Shown here in pieces: positions 49,001 through 62,629 of a DNA stretch of 64,000 nucleotides. The DNA is from Eledone cirrhosa (taxonomy: Eukaryota). Location: positions 356,252,001 to 356,316,000 of the forward strand of contig OZ024741.1 in NCBI GenBank assembly GCA_964016885.1. Direction: 5' to 3'. Numbering within the stretch: position 1 is the stretch's first letter; each line of letters begins with the position of its first letter. Position numbers and translations under genes: made by a program. The notes under the pieces are model-generated. The model was not told the DNA's origin and ran no database searches. It saw nothing but the letters and a program-made list of their open reading frames with translations.

Positions 49001-49183
49001 GCTTTCGCTATTCCATGGGCCCCTGGTATTATCATAGGAATCGGATGTATACTGACTTCCATTATGCTTCATGTTTGTCTACCAGAAACTAGAAATCGCG
49101 TTTTGCCACAAACAATCGAAGAAGTCAACAGAATGGAAAAGAAAAATAGAACTAATGATGTAATACCTCAAACTGTCTCGTAA
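49001..49183 (+). CDS. SLC22 gene, last coding exon H
   Basis: Acceptor ccatccacag|. Encodes AFAIPWAPGIIIG...LPETRNRVLPQTIEEV...VS*, with the LPETK..LP.T motif and TAA at 49181-49183. Exons A-H total 1362 nt in one open frame. Confidence 0.93.
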   Translation, partial: AFAIPWAPGIIIGIGCILTSIMLHVCLPETRNRVLPQTIEEVNRMEKKNRTNDVIPQTVS

Positions 49184-49353
49184 AACAATAAGAAAATCAT
49201 TAGAATTAAAAGAGATTGGTGTAGCCTGAGCCAACAAAATTAAGTTCTTTCAAAATTAAATATACAAAAGTAATATCGGTATGTCTTTGATATTTCACGA
49301 AGAAGGGCTCTTCGTGAACTGTCTTCTTTTCTATAACCTAAAATGAAAAGTAT

Positions 49354-49455
<102 letters not shown>

Positions 49456-50248
49456 ATACTTTTCATTTTAGCTTATGGAAAATTATTAAAAAAGGGGTTT
49501 GAAAAATGCACCTGGTATATATATATAAAGGATCTTTATAAAATGTACAAAAATTGATGTTACCAAAGCCTGCTTTCTCCGTTTTGGATTATCAAAATAT
49601 TTATTATTAGGTTAAATTGATTTTTCATTAAAACTTCTGCATGCTGATTCTCAACCACATTGATTGAGAATCAGCATGCAGGAGTTTTAACGAAAAAACA
49701 ATTGAACCTAATAAATATTTTGATAATCCAAAACGGAGAAAGCATGTTATAAAGATCCTTTGTATATATACCAGTTGCGCTCTTCAAACCATTTTTTTAA
49801 ATTAATTTTCCGCATATAACGTGATCTGTATAGAACGTTTTCAAACGTCCACACTTTTTTCACTGTGTGTGTGCATGTGTGTACACAGAGTGTCCATAAG
49901 GTCTGTGTGCAATTTAAAATACTTGTAATATTTTAAATTGCTCGCGGACTTTATGGACACCCTATATATGTGTGTGTGCGTGTGTGTGTACTTGTATGCA
50001 TATGTATCTATTTTATTTCTCATTCTTTCTTCTGATAAAGGACTAGCGTCCGAAACGTTAAGACCCTCTTCTTGCTATATCAAGCGTTGACCTAATATAT
50101 TCCTTCCATATACTGTACCGATTGTGTTGTTATTTCTGTTTACCTTTTACATACATATATATATCTATATATAGTGAATCAAAACATATCAAATATGTTT
50201 AGAATTTTGTGTTTCTCAATAAGCAAGCTCAATAGACATTATCTAGAG

Positions 50249-51300
50249 CAGGGGTTCCCAACCTTTTTGTCGTTATCGCCGACTTTTCCACACACAAAAA
50301 TTCCCATCGCCCACCTGTTGACGGAAAATTCGATCAGACAAGGAATTCGATTTCAGTTTATTCACAGTTTTGATAACCAACTGCAGCACATCATTCAACC
50401 GACCATTGATATTTTTTGCCACTAAATATTGTCGGTGTATCACACATTGAACTGTTACAATCTGTTGAGAAATTTCACGCTTTAGGAGAGATAAAAAACC
50501 TCTGTATCTTCCAACCATGGAAGGAGCCTCAACAGACGCACAGGCAATACTATTGGTCAGTGGGATATGATGTTCAGAAAGGAAACGCTTAAGCATATCA
50601 AAAATAGATGTACCTTTTGAATCAAGCAACCAAGTTCTCTGTGAACAGCATTTCCTCACTAGGTTGAAATTATTTATTGAAATATCGAACATAAACCATC
50701 ATCAAACATTGGTGGTCTATAACGGTTGACTCATCCACTTGTATAGAAAATTCAGAACACTGGAGAATTTGAATGAGTTGATGTTTGACATCGGTGGGCA
50801 TTTCATCTATTCGTCGAGAAATTGTATTGTTACTAAGTGGAATTTTCTTGATAATTGTGTCGGACTTCTCGTGCATTACAGTCGACAGAACTTCTTCAAT
50901 GACAGGTCGGAGAAATGTTTCTCCTATAGTGTGAGACTTCCCGGTCTTTGCGACCAGTAATGCAATATTGTATGACGTAATCATATCGTCATTTTCCTGT
51001 ACAGTTGCTTCCCTATACATGGTGTTCAGTGTTTTCCGTTTTTCAAAAGAGGCCTTAAGTTGCAAAAAATATGACAACGGTTTGTCTTTTTAGTCAGAAT
51101 GCTTGGAATCAAAATGATATTTCAAGCATGAAGGTTTCGTGGCTTCATTGCTCAAAGTTTGCTGGCATAGAAGACACAGGGTAATTGACAGTTCTGAGGA
51201 GAAGCAATAAATCAATATGATAAATAATCAATGCTGTACTGGCGACAAGTTTTCTTTACCGGAGGCATCAGGGAAGTTAAAATTCGACAAAAGAATTCAG
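50249..51300 (-). mobile_element. Degenerate hAT (Charlie/Buster, ZBED5-like) transposon
   Basis: Frameshifted transposase motifs CLLC..LSNE..KPS.L, HTIGE, IPLSNNTISRRIDEM, FSIQVDEST, CVIHRQ.L. Terminus caggggttcccaacc is preceded by atctagag (NTCTAGAN target). The second TIR was not found. Confidence 0.85.
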
Positions 51301-51552
51301 AGAGGCGGAATCTCTCATTATTACCTTCTTTCCTCCCCTCCAGGTCTTATATATTGTGTTGTATGCCTCTGAGTAAAGTTCCGTGGCCGCACACACAAAT
51401 TCACGTATATACCTGCTCATGTTTGCATACGTGCAGTTATGAACTGCTGCACGCACACGTTCGTGATTTATTTATCTATTTATCTGTATATTTATTTATT
51501 TATTTATTTATTTATTTAGTTATTTTATTTACTTATTTATTTATTTATCTAT

Positions 51553-51583
<31 letters not shown>

Positions 51584-52213
51584 CTTATTTACTGGTTTAT
51601 TTGTTTATCTGTTTGTTTGTTTGTTTGTTAGTTAACTCATTCATTTATTTATTAATTTACGAGTGAATGATTAGGTAATGAATAGATAAAAGATAAAAGA
51701 TAGGTAACGAATAGTGAATGGTAAATAGTAAATAATAAATAGTAATTAATTACTTGATGATAATATTAATAACTTAGTAGTGATATTAATTATTTTAATC
51801 CTCTATCAGGCCCAGTTTAAAATTTAAAATTTAAAATTTAAAATTTGTCCCACTACCATTATATTATAGACACATGTATGAGTGCGAACGAGTGCGTGTT
51901 TGTGCATATGCGTTTATGTGTACTTATTTGTATGTATGTATGTGTATGTATGCATGTGTGCTTGTATATGTGTATGTGTGTGTATGTATATATGTATATA
52001 TATATGAGATTATATATATATATATATATATATGAGATTATATATGTATGTGTGTGTGTATGTGTATATATGTATATATATGTGTGAATGTATGTGTTTG
52101 TGTGTGTGTATGTATGTGTATGTATGTGTGTGCATATGTATGTATGTATATGTATAGTATAGTTTATACCGAGAGACATACGTACATGTAGGTGTGTATA
52201 TATATATATATGT

Positions 52214-52329
<116 letters not shown>

Positions 52330-52485
52330 ATGCGCACGTGTGTATGTGTAGATATATATATGTGTGTGTATGTGTATGCGTGTGTGTGTGTATATTTGTG
52401 TTTGTGTTTTTCTTGTGTATATATGTATATATGTGTATGTATGTATGTGTGTGTGTGTGTGTGTATATGTATGTGTGTGTATGTG

Positions 52486-52556
<71 letters not shown>

Positions 52557-52607
52557 AAGTATGTATGTATACGTACATACATATATGTATACAGACGTAC
52601 AGTAGCA

Positions 52608-52649
<42 letters not shown>

Positions 52650-52779
52650 CAGGTACACATACATATATGTACGTATCAGTTTAGCGGACGCTTATTATAA
52701 CGCCCGCTTTGTTCGTTTGTAAACAAACTGATAATAAGCGTCCGCTAAACTGATACGTACATATATGTATGTGTACCTG

Positions 52780-52853
<74 letters not shown>

Positions 52854-53089
52854 TGCTACCGTACGTCTGTATACATATATGTATGTACGTATACATACAT
52901 ACTTACATTTAAGTAAGTGCCGTACTAAGAGTGAGAAATGAAATTTCGTTTTCATTTTATTACAACTTATCGTTTTCGGTACGCCTGGCCGACAGAACTC
53001 ACTCGATATGCAAATTAGGCTGCTCAGCCGTTAATTTTCATGAGGAAAGTATATACTTTCGAACGTTCAACCATCTGGCAGAAGGGTAT

Positions 53090-53132
53090 ACGGTGCTGAT
53101 GATAGCTAACAAGCTTGAAACTAGTACATCGT
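53090..53132 (+). ncRNA. Minimal type I hammerhead ribozyme (family C)
   Basis: acggtg-CTGATGA-t agc taacaa gct t-GAAA-ctag-TA-catcgt. Confidence 0.8.
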
Positions 53133-53280
53133 TCCTGTGTCAGTGTTGAACAAAAAGGTGACGTGGTTGCCTTAACACTGTACGGCATAAATTCAGGCTG
53201 TTCAGTTTGTTTACAAACGAACAAAGCGGGCGTTATAATAAGCGTCCGCTAAACTGATACGTACATATATGTATGTGTAC

Positions 53281-53337
<57 letters not shown>

Positions 53338-53449
53338 TGCTACTGTACGTCTGTATACATATATGTATGTACGTATACATACATACTTACATTTAAGTAA
53401 GTGCCGTACTAAGAGTGAGAAATGAAATTTCGTTTTCATTTTATTACAA

Positions 53450-53491
<42 letters not shown>

Positions 53492-54156
53492 AATGTGTAG
53501 GTGTGCACATATATATATATATATATATATATAAGTATATATGTGTGTGTAAGTGTTTTTGTATGTGGTTGTGAGTATGTAAATATATTTTATTCTTTCC
53601 ATTCTACAAAAACACTCTGGCCACCTGTGGCTTGTATGTTAACTTGACCACTCACCCCAGTCTGTGCCATGATTCGGTCTTGTTAAATGTTTAATTTCTA
53701 TTACCAACCCACCCAAAAAAAAAAAAAAAAAAAAAAAATTTCCCTACTATATATCTGTTGAATTCTTGGGGTTTTTATTTATTTATTTTTTATTTTTTTA
53801 TTTTTTTATTTTTTTATTTTTTTAATTTTTTATTTTTTTATTTTTTTATTTTTTTATTTTTTTATTTTTTTATTTTTTTATTTTTTTATTTTTTTATTTT
53901 TTTATTTTTTTATCTATTTTATTTATTTATTTATTCATTTATCTATTTATTCATTTATTTATTTATTTACTTATTTATTTATTTCAAAAAAGCACTCTGG
54001 CTAATTGACCACTCCCCAAAGAAAAAACGGCCTGTGCCATGAAGTGGTCCTGTGTATCTAAATACCATCCCACCCCCAAAAAATCCCCCCCGCCATCCAC
54101 CACCCCTCCCTTACCACTACCTAAATGTATAAATACCAGAACTTAATATGACACCC

Positions 54157-54207
54157 AGCTTCCTGAAGATTTCATCTGAATGAAACAGTACTAGTCCTGT
54201 AGAAGCT
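54157..54207 (+). ncRNA. Type I hammerhead ribozyme (family B)
   Basis: As 3212-3262. Part of a ~0.5-0.6 kb module shared between ~3195-3665 and ~53598-54225. Confidence 0.75.
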
Positions 54208-54218
54208 CCTTCTATAAA

Positions 54219-54259
<41 letters not shown>

Positions 54260-55208
54260 TATATTTAGAAACACACAGATACATGCGGGGACACACATAT
54301 ACATGAATGCATCCGCACCCAACCGTGAGTTAAGGGTGCCAACTTCACCGATGTTGCTCAATGAATGACTGGGACAGACCAATCCGGTTGAACCAGACTG
54401 AACCAGTATCAGAGTTAAAAATACATTATGAAGAGAGAAGAAACATTTAGATATAATTAGTAATAAAATGTATCATACCTAAACTGCTCCTAGATTCCTC
54501 GACTACGTAGTTTCGTGGCATAAACAAAAACAATACATCATAAAGATATAGAGTCCTTGCGAGGTCTGCCGACTTATCAAGAGGATACCTCATTTTACTA
54601 GTCTCAAGAACGCGTCTACACGACGTGAGAAAGAATCCCAAAAGGCGGAGGGGGAGATAGTCACGCGATATAACGGTTGAGAAACAGAGCTAAGCCTCTT
54701 ATAACCCCGAAGAAAATACCACGGAGGCGGAGGGGGTATTTATATCGAAGCCGTAGAAGAGGTGGTGAAGGAGGCAAGAAGTATGAGTAATGGAAGCTTT
54801 CCAGCAGTCCCCACACTTCAAAGATTGCTCGACCAGAGGGAGTTATTAACAATATATTTAGAAACACACAGATACATGCGGGGACACACATATACATGAA
54901 TGCATCCGCACCCAACCGTGAGTTAAGGGTGCCAACTTCACCGATGTTGCTCAATGAATGACTGGGACAGACCAATCCGGTTGAACTAGACTGAACCAGT
55001 ATCAGAGTTAAAAATACATTATGAAGAGAGAAGAAACATTTAGATATAATTAGTAATAAAATGTATCATACCGAAACTGCTCCTAGATTCCTCGACTACG
55101 TAGTTTCGTGGCATCGACCGTTATATCGCGTGACTATCTCCCCCTCCGCCTTTTGGGATTCTTTCTCACGTCGTGTAGACGCGTTCTTGAGACTAGTAAA
55201 ATGAGGTA

Positions 55209-55298
55209 TCCTCTTGATAAGTCGGCAGACCTCGCAAGGACTCTATATCTTTATGATGTATTGTTTTTGTTTATGCCACGAAACTACGTAGTCGAGGA
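55209..55298 (+). ncRNA. Hammerhead ribozyme with U3-A8 core variant (inverted copy at ~54495-54585)
   Basis: tcctc-TTGATAA-gt c ggca...tgcc ac-GAAA-ctacgtag-TC-gagga. Confidence 0.65.
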
Positions 55299-55336
55299 AT
55301 CTAGGAGCAGTTTAGGTATGATACATTTTATTACTA

Positions 55337-55793
<457 letters not shown>

Positions 55794-56037
55794 AGTAATT
55801 ATTAAAGAATTCTTAAAAGTTGAGAAATATCTTACCGTTCAGTTTCTTGTCTTATATATCATGGGACTATGTTTACATGTGTGGAAAATATGCAATGTAG
55901 ATATGTTTTCTACATACCACTAGAATTCTTGTGGCTAAGTGAATCTTCTCCAAGAGGTATTAATACATATATATTGTTGTAGACAAAAAGGATTCTATTC
56001 ATATGTTAAGAAATGTTATAGTTAAGGGTGCTATGTA

Positions 56038-56358
56038 CTCTCCAATGGGACGGGGGAAACCGGTAATTTTTCTAGGTTGTCTCCTTTGATTCTTTTAAAA
56101 ACTAGAATTAGTTGTTTAGTTTGCATATTGAGACCTCAACCCATCCTATTTATTTTATAACATATGTGATTTCTAGTAATGTAGTACTTTTCTTGCCGTG
56201 TATGTTTTTTTTAATGTCTAAAGAAAATTAATTGTCGCAGGAAAGCTACCAACAAAATGTTGCCGGAGATATCTAGTTAAAATTTAATAAGTAGGGGTTG
56301 GAAAAAAATATGAAAAATTAATAAGCTGGGGGGGGGGGGGGTATTCGAGACCCAAGAG
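56038..56358. mobile_element. Small TA-flanked insertion (Tc1/mariner-type MITE relic)
   Basis: Absent from the paralogue (atgTAgtcta near 61635) and flanked by TA on both sides. Ends are imperfectly inverted (ctct..tggg / cccaagag). Confidence 0.55.
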
Positions 56359-56377
56359 TAGTCTATAACAATATATA

Positions 56378-57156
56378 TCTAATATATATTTGTGAAATGG
56401 GCGGTGGTTGAAATTCAGATGTGCACGATTAAATGGTCGTAGACGTGGTCGGACTGACATGAAAATGTACACACCTATGTAAAAAGTGCCAAGGAAGCAA
56501 ATAGACGAGGTTTCAAATCTCTAACTTGAAAAATGTGGTCCCTGGGGCACCAAAACTATCGTGTTCGGTGAGTTATTTCCCCCTGTTCTAATACTTTTGT
56601 TTTATTTACAATTTCATACAAATTTTTAAACTCATCAACGTTCTTTCGCTGTTAACACACAGTACCAATAATTTGAAAAATATTATTGAAAATTTATTAT
56701 AAAGAAGCAGTTTCAGGAAAAAGTGTAAACTATCATACAAACCTTCATCGACATTGCTATTTCGCTGTTAATAAACTATCATCCTTCTACATTTAACGAT
56801 CATACAGTACCGTTTTATGAAATCGATTCTGCAGTACGGTCACTGTTTTCCATCAAAAGAAATAAAACACTTAAATTGCGAAGGGACGCGTGTTTTTATT
56901 TTAATTCTAATACATGTTAACCACCACTAACAGTAAGTAGTATTTTTCAAATTGCATATCATCGACATTGCTATTTCGCTGTTAATAAACAACGCTTTTC
57001 ACGTCGCTCCACTTCTCATTGTATACCGTCCAGCCCCAATTGCATATTTCTATTTTATTCCTGAAACTGCTTCTTTATAATAAACTTTCAATAATATTTT
57101 TCAAATTATTAACTTAATAAAAAGTGGCCCCGGGTGCAACCGGGCTCAGCTGCTAG
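56378..57156 (+). mobile_element. Non-autonomous Helitron inserted upstream of the ZNF pseudogene
   Basis: 5' TCTAATATATAT; 3' hairpin cccgggtgcaaccggg then ctcagctgCTAG|T. The paralogous empty site near 61650 (aatataca|ttgtctataa) shows an A|T insertion without TSD. Confidence 0.88.
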
Positions 57157-57586
57157 TTGTCTATAAATCACTGATAGCAGATGTTCTACTACAGATTGTA
57201 ATGGAACTCTCAGTTGACACAACTGTAAAGTAAGAATAGATATGACAGTGTAAGACTGATGTTGGGAAAGAAAGAAAATGTGTGTGTATGTATATATATT
57301 CGTGTGTCTGTTTATATTATCGTGTGTGTATCGATGCATGTGTGTGTAGTCCTAATAAACCGCGATTGATTACCACGGAGTGTAGAAAAGTACTTAATAT
57401 CTACTGTGTTGACAATACAAATAACACGTACTTTATATTTCAAGTCCAAGTGTAAAGTATAGAAAGACAGAGAAAGCTAATTGTTCAGATGTTGGTGATT
57501 TAAACCTATTTCTCAGTCCTGTTAAATGTGTATCAACCAATTCACGATGTAGCGTAGTTTCTGATGAAATATTTAATCATGTAGAT

Positions 57587-58287
57587 CAAAGGTTCTCAAC
57601 GGGTGGCATATGCACCCCCGGGGGCGTTTCGGAACTCCAGGGGTGCGTTTGGGAGCAAGGTCGCGTTAGGGGGCGTTTGGAGCTGGGGAGGGTGGTTAGG
57701 GGGACGCTGGAAGGCTCTTTATTTTGGTAAGTTTTATAAGCCATATTTGTTTGTCTTTGAGACAGCCAGTGTGAATGCATTTGAATGAGCTTGCAGACAG
57801 CATAACTATAGTCTGACCGCAGCTGTGAGCAGGTGTGCAAGCATGTCCGATAATTGAGACGTTAACCGGTAATTTAGATCCTAAAAATGGAAAAACCTAG
57901 TCAACTGGGTCAAAGACACTTTGAGCGCAGCCAGTTAGAATCTTATCTTTCCTTCACCGATAACAATGTATTTCATGTCTGAAATTATTGACTCAACCGC
58001 AACAAGTTAACACTATGTAGATCTATTTTATTCCCTATTGTATAAATAATATTACAAATAAAAAAAGAAAAGAAAAAACAGAAGCGGGTAGCACACACAT
58101 CAAGGACCACATACAACACATAATCAGATAATACACACATCTTTTGAATATTGTTAATCAATTTTTTAGTAATCTACTGATATAAAAATCAGTAGTATAT
58201 TGAAAAATGGAAAAATAGGGGGAGGGGCGTTTCGTGATTTTGATGGACAAAAGGGGACGTTTGGCTTAAATGGGTTGAGAACCTGCG
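57587..58287. mobile_element. hAT-type MITE with 8-bp TSD
   Basis: TIRs caaaggttctcaac / gttgagaacctgcg. TSD atgtagat on both sides; a single atgtagat at the paralogous empty site near 62066. Confidence 0.9.
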
Positions 58288-59259
58288 ATGTAGATGATGG
58301 AACATCTACTCTGAAACCTGTAGCTCACCTTCGGTTATCCATAAAATATTAACATTCAATTTAACATGAAATAATTACTACACAAGATATAATATTAAAG
58401 TTATAATTAACTTGCCACAGATTTGTGTCGATGATAATGCTTCACTTTGCTGAATGACGTCGGTGTCATATGTTAAAAGTCTCTGACATAATTTAGTAAC
58501 CTCAGAAACAACTTCAGTTATATCAATTCACTCCATCAGTTGTATCCAACCACTGGTAAAACAAACAACATCGTCCAGTAAAATAATTATTACGTATCAA
58601 CGTAGCAGTCTCTTATCTTGTTGCTCGATGTGTTAGAAATAGCAAGCCAAATTGCTTTCTATATTTTTATGTCAACGGAAAGACACTGTACATACATAGA
58701 AAGAGATAAATAGCTAGATACTGTTGGAACACCTTGAATATAGGTCTGCTCGATCATACTAACTTAGGGACTTAAATTTAACCCCTGGAAGTAATCAATA
58801 ATTTTATAAGTTTCACAGTAACTTGATATCCTGCATTGTTTTCTCTGTAACTAAGTTTTAATATTTTAAAATTTTGTTGTAACTTTACATTAGGGAGTCA
58901 ACGACACCATCAAAGCTAGTGACCTACAACCTGGAGATAGTCAAATATTCTAATATATTCTAATAACAAAGTTCAATAGAATTTTAAACAATCCAAATAC
59001 CAACGAAGTGTTTGTGTTAGATGTATTAAAACTACTTACAAGATGATATCATTACATATGGTGTTAATAAAAGAGATTTAGAAAAGGTGAAATTGCAGAC
59101 TTGACAAATTCCTCAATAAAAAACTTTTATTAACAACACAGGGATTGAAATTGAAGATATAAATACAATTTATATGATGAATTATGAAAATTTAATGATT
59201 TATAAAAGAAACAAAAAATGGAGTTAGAAAGAAAAACAAACTTGAAAATGTATGTGTAC

Positions 59260-59910
59260 TCCCTTAATAAGACATTACAACAGGGAATATTAGTGTTGCT
59301 TCCTAAGTATTGTGACATCAGGTGATAGAGGGTCCTTCTATTACACACTATGATGGGGAATATTAGTTTTATCCTCTAATATTTCTGAGGCAAAATAAGA
59401 CATTACATTAGGTCATTGAACATCCCTCAATTACAGACAACAGCAGGGAATGTTGGTGTTGCCTTCTAAAATTTCTGAGACAAGACAACACACAGCATTA
59501 CCTTAAGTGATAGAGGGTCCTCCAATCACCCACTACAACAGGGAATATGATTATCCTCTAAAATTTCCTAGACCTGACAAATGACTCACTAGAGTAGGAA
59601 ATGTTGGTGTTGGCTTCTAAAATTTCTGATTCAAGACAAGACACTCACATCATTACCTCGCTTGATGGAGGGTCTCTAAATGAAACACTAGAGCAGGTAA
59701 TGGTGGTGTTGGCCTCTAAATCTTTTGAGATAAGACAACTCACACACATCATTACCTCAGGTGATAGTGGATCCCTGAATAACTCACTAGAATAGAGGAT
59801 GTTGATGTCGGTCTCTAACAGTTCTGATTCAAAACAAGACACACATTATTGCCTCAGGTGGTAATTGGACTTTGAATGACATACTAGAGTAGGTAATGTT
59901 AGTGTTGTAA
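59260..59910. repeat. Degenerate ~100-105-bp tandem repeat downstream of the ZNF gene
   Basis: Recurrent tgttggtgttg(g)cttctaaaatttctga...caagaca...cattacctcaggtgatagagggtcc...cactagag, about 5-6 diverged units. Confidence 0.7.
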
Positions 59911-60054
59911 GAAAAATTTGAGAAAAATATTAAAAACAAAAATCACTAAAATTTCTTGTATAAATTAAAAATATTTCTAAGGGGCTGATCATCAGATATG
60001 AGCAAGATTTACCTTGCATTTCAGAGTTTAAAGATGTACCTTGCATTTCAGAGT

Positions 60055-61374
60055 TTAAAGTTTCTGTCCAGTGTGTGTTTGTTTGTGACTATTTAATTTA
60101 CTATTAGTCACAAAAGATTTCTCACATATTTCACAGTGGAAAGGTTTCTCTCCAGTGTGTGTTCTTTTGTGTACTGTTAAATCACTGTTAGTCACAAAAG
60201 ATTTCCCACATATTTCACAGTGATAGGGTTTGTCTCCAGTGTGTGTTCTCTTGTGAACAGTTAAAACACTGTTACTGCCAAAAGATTTCCCACATATTTC
60301 ACAGTAGTATGGTTTCTCTCCAGTGTGTGTTCTTTTGTGTACTGTTAAATCGCTGTTACTGACAAAGGATTTTCTACATATTTCACAGAGATAGGGCTTG
60401 ACTCCAGTGTGTGTTCTTTTGTGAACAGTTAAAACTCCATTACTGACAAAAGATTTCCCACATATTTCACAGTGGAAAGGTTTCTCTCCAGTGTGCGTTC
60501 TTTTGTGTACTCTTAAATCACTTTTACTGGCAAAACATTTCCCACATATTTCACAAACGAAAGGTTTCACTCCAGTGTGTGTTCTTTTGTGTAAAGTTAA
60601 AACACTGCTTCTGACGAAAGATTTCCCACATATTTCACAGTGGTAGGGTTTTTCTCCAGTGTGTGTTCTTTTGTGAGATATTAAGTAACTGTTAATGACA
60701 AAAGATTTCCCACATATTTCACAATGGAATGGTTTTTCTTCAGCGTGTGTTCTTTTATGAGATATTAAGCAACTGTTAGTGATAAAGGATTTACCACATA
60801 TTTTACAATGATATGGTTTTTCTCCAGTGTGTGATCTGGTGTGTATATTCAAGTCACTGCTAGTGACATAACATTTCCCACATATTTCACAATGGAAGGG
60901 CTTTTCTCCAGTGTGTGTTCTTTTATGGACAGTTAAATTAGAGTTTTGCACAAAAGATTTCCCACATATTTCACAGTGGAAAGGTTTTTCTGCAGTGTGA
61001 ATACGTATGTGGTAATCCAAACGAGATTTATAAGTGAAAGATTTCCCACATATTTCACAATGAAACGGTTTTTCTTCAGTGTGTATACGTATGTGGTCAA
61101 CAAGGTAAGATTGATTTGAAAAAGATTTCCCACATATTTGACAATTGAGGTATTTGTCTTTAGTGTGCATGTCTTTGTGTGTGGATACTTCATCTTTTGA
61201 TGAGAAAGTTTTCTTACAAATCTCACAGCTGTATTCTGAAATATTTCTGTGTAGTGATCCTTGTTCAGTACATGTTTCACTGGGTGGTTTCTCACCACTG
61301 TATGCCTGTGTAACTGTTACTATGTTAGTAGAAAAAGATGTGTTAGAAATGTCCAATTGTTTAACATACTCCAT
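60055..61374 (-). CDS. C2H2 zinc-finger protein with 14 tandem fingers, single coding exon
   Basis: 439-aa ORF with repeated (F/Y)HCEICGKSF..x[11 protein letters not shown]. Probable splice acceptor (cag) at 61412-61414 just upstream of the ATG. Confidence 0.95.
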   Translation of the reverse strand: MEYVKQLDISNTSFSTNIVTVTQAYSGEKPPSETCTEQGSLHRNISEYSCEICKKTFSSKDEVSTHKDMHTKDKYLNCQICGKSFSNQSYLVDHIRIHTEEKPFHCEICGKSFTYKSRLDYHIRIHTAEKPFHCEICGKSFVQNSNLTVHKRTHTGEKPFHCEICGKCYVTSSDLNIHTRSHTGEKPYHCKICGKSFITNSCLISHKRTHAEEKPFHCEICGKSFVINSYLISHKRTHTGEKPYHCEICGKSFVRSSVLTLHKRTHTGVKPFVCEICGKCFASKSDLRVHKRTHTGEKPFHCEICGKSFVSNGVLTVHKRTHTGVKPYLCEICRKSFVSNSDLTVHKRTHTGEKPYYCEICGKSFGSNSVLTVHKRTHTGDKPYHCEICGKSFVTNSDLTVHKRTHTGEKPFHCEICEKSFVTNSKLNSHKQTHTGQKL

Positions 61375-62629
61375 AGTAATTTTTGAAGAATTCTTAAAAG
61401 TTGAGAAATATCTGTGATTATAATATATTACAGTTCAGTTTCTTGTCTTAGATATAATGGGACTATGTTAACGTGTGGAAAATATGCAATGTAGATATAT
61501 TTTCTACATAGCACGAGAATTCTTGTGGCTAAGTGAATCTTCTCCAAGAGGTATTAATACATATATATTGTTTTAGAGAAAAAGATTCCTATTTCTATGT
61601 TAAGAAATGTGGCTATGGTTAATGAATGATATGTAGTCTAAAATAATATACATTGTCTATAAATTACTTGTAGCAGATGTTCTGGTAAAATAGTCATTCT
61701 TCTACTACAGATTGTAATGGAACTCTCAGTTGACACAACTGTAAAGTAAGAATAGATATGACAGTGTAAGACTGATATCAGGAAAGAAAATGTGTGTATG
61801 TATATATATTCGTGTGTCTGTTTATATTGTCGTGTGTGTATCGATGCATGTGTGTAATCCTAATAAATCGTGTTTGATTACCACGGAGTGTAGAAAAGTA
61901 CACAATATCTACTGTGTTGACAATACAAATAATACGTACTTTATATTTCAAGTCCAAGTGTAAAGTATAGAAAGACAGAAAAACCTATTTCTCACTGTCC
62001 TGTAAAGTGTGGAATAACTAATTCACGATGTAGCGTAGTTTCTGATGAAAAGTACATATTTAATCATGTAGATGAAGGAACACCTACCCTGAAACATATA
62101 GCTCGGTTATCCATAAAATATTAACATTCAACTTAACATGAGATAATTACTACACAAGATATAATATTAACTAAGGTTATGATTAACATGCAGGAATTCG
62201 GTGTCGCTGGTAATGCCTCATTCTCCTGAATGATACCGGTGGCAAACATTAAAAGTCCCTGATATAATTTAATACCTTCAGAAACGCCTTTAGTTACATC
62301 AATTCACTCCATCAGTTGTATCCCACACCTTGTAAAACAAACAACATCATCCACAAAAATAATTATTACATATCAACGAAGCAGTCTGTTACCTTGTTGC
62401 TCGATGTGTTAGAAATAGCTCTTTAAAATCTTAAGTGTGTGTGTGCATATATATATATAATGTATTTCTAGTGAATGGGTATAATAATAATACTATTATG
62501 CAACCAACATTATGTAGACTTATATTGTATTGAAACATATGTTAAAGAACGAACATTTGATAAAATTCTTCATTTTTCTATGCTTCGCGCCTAGTATTTG
62601 TTTTTCCTATACATTTAAATATATATATA

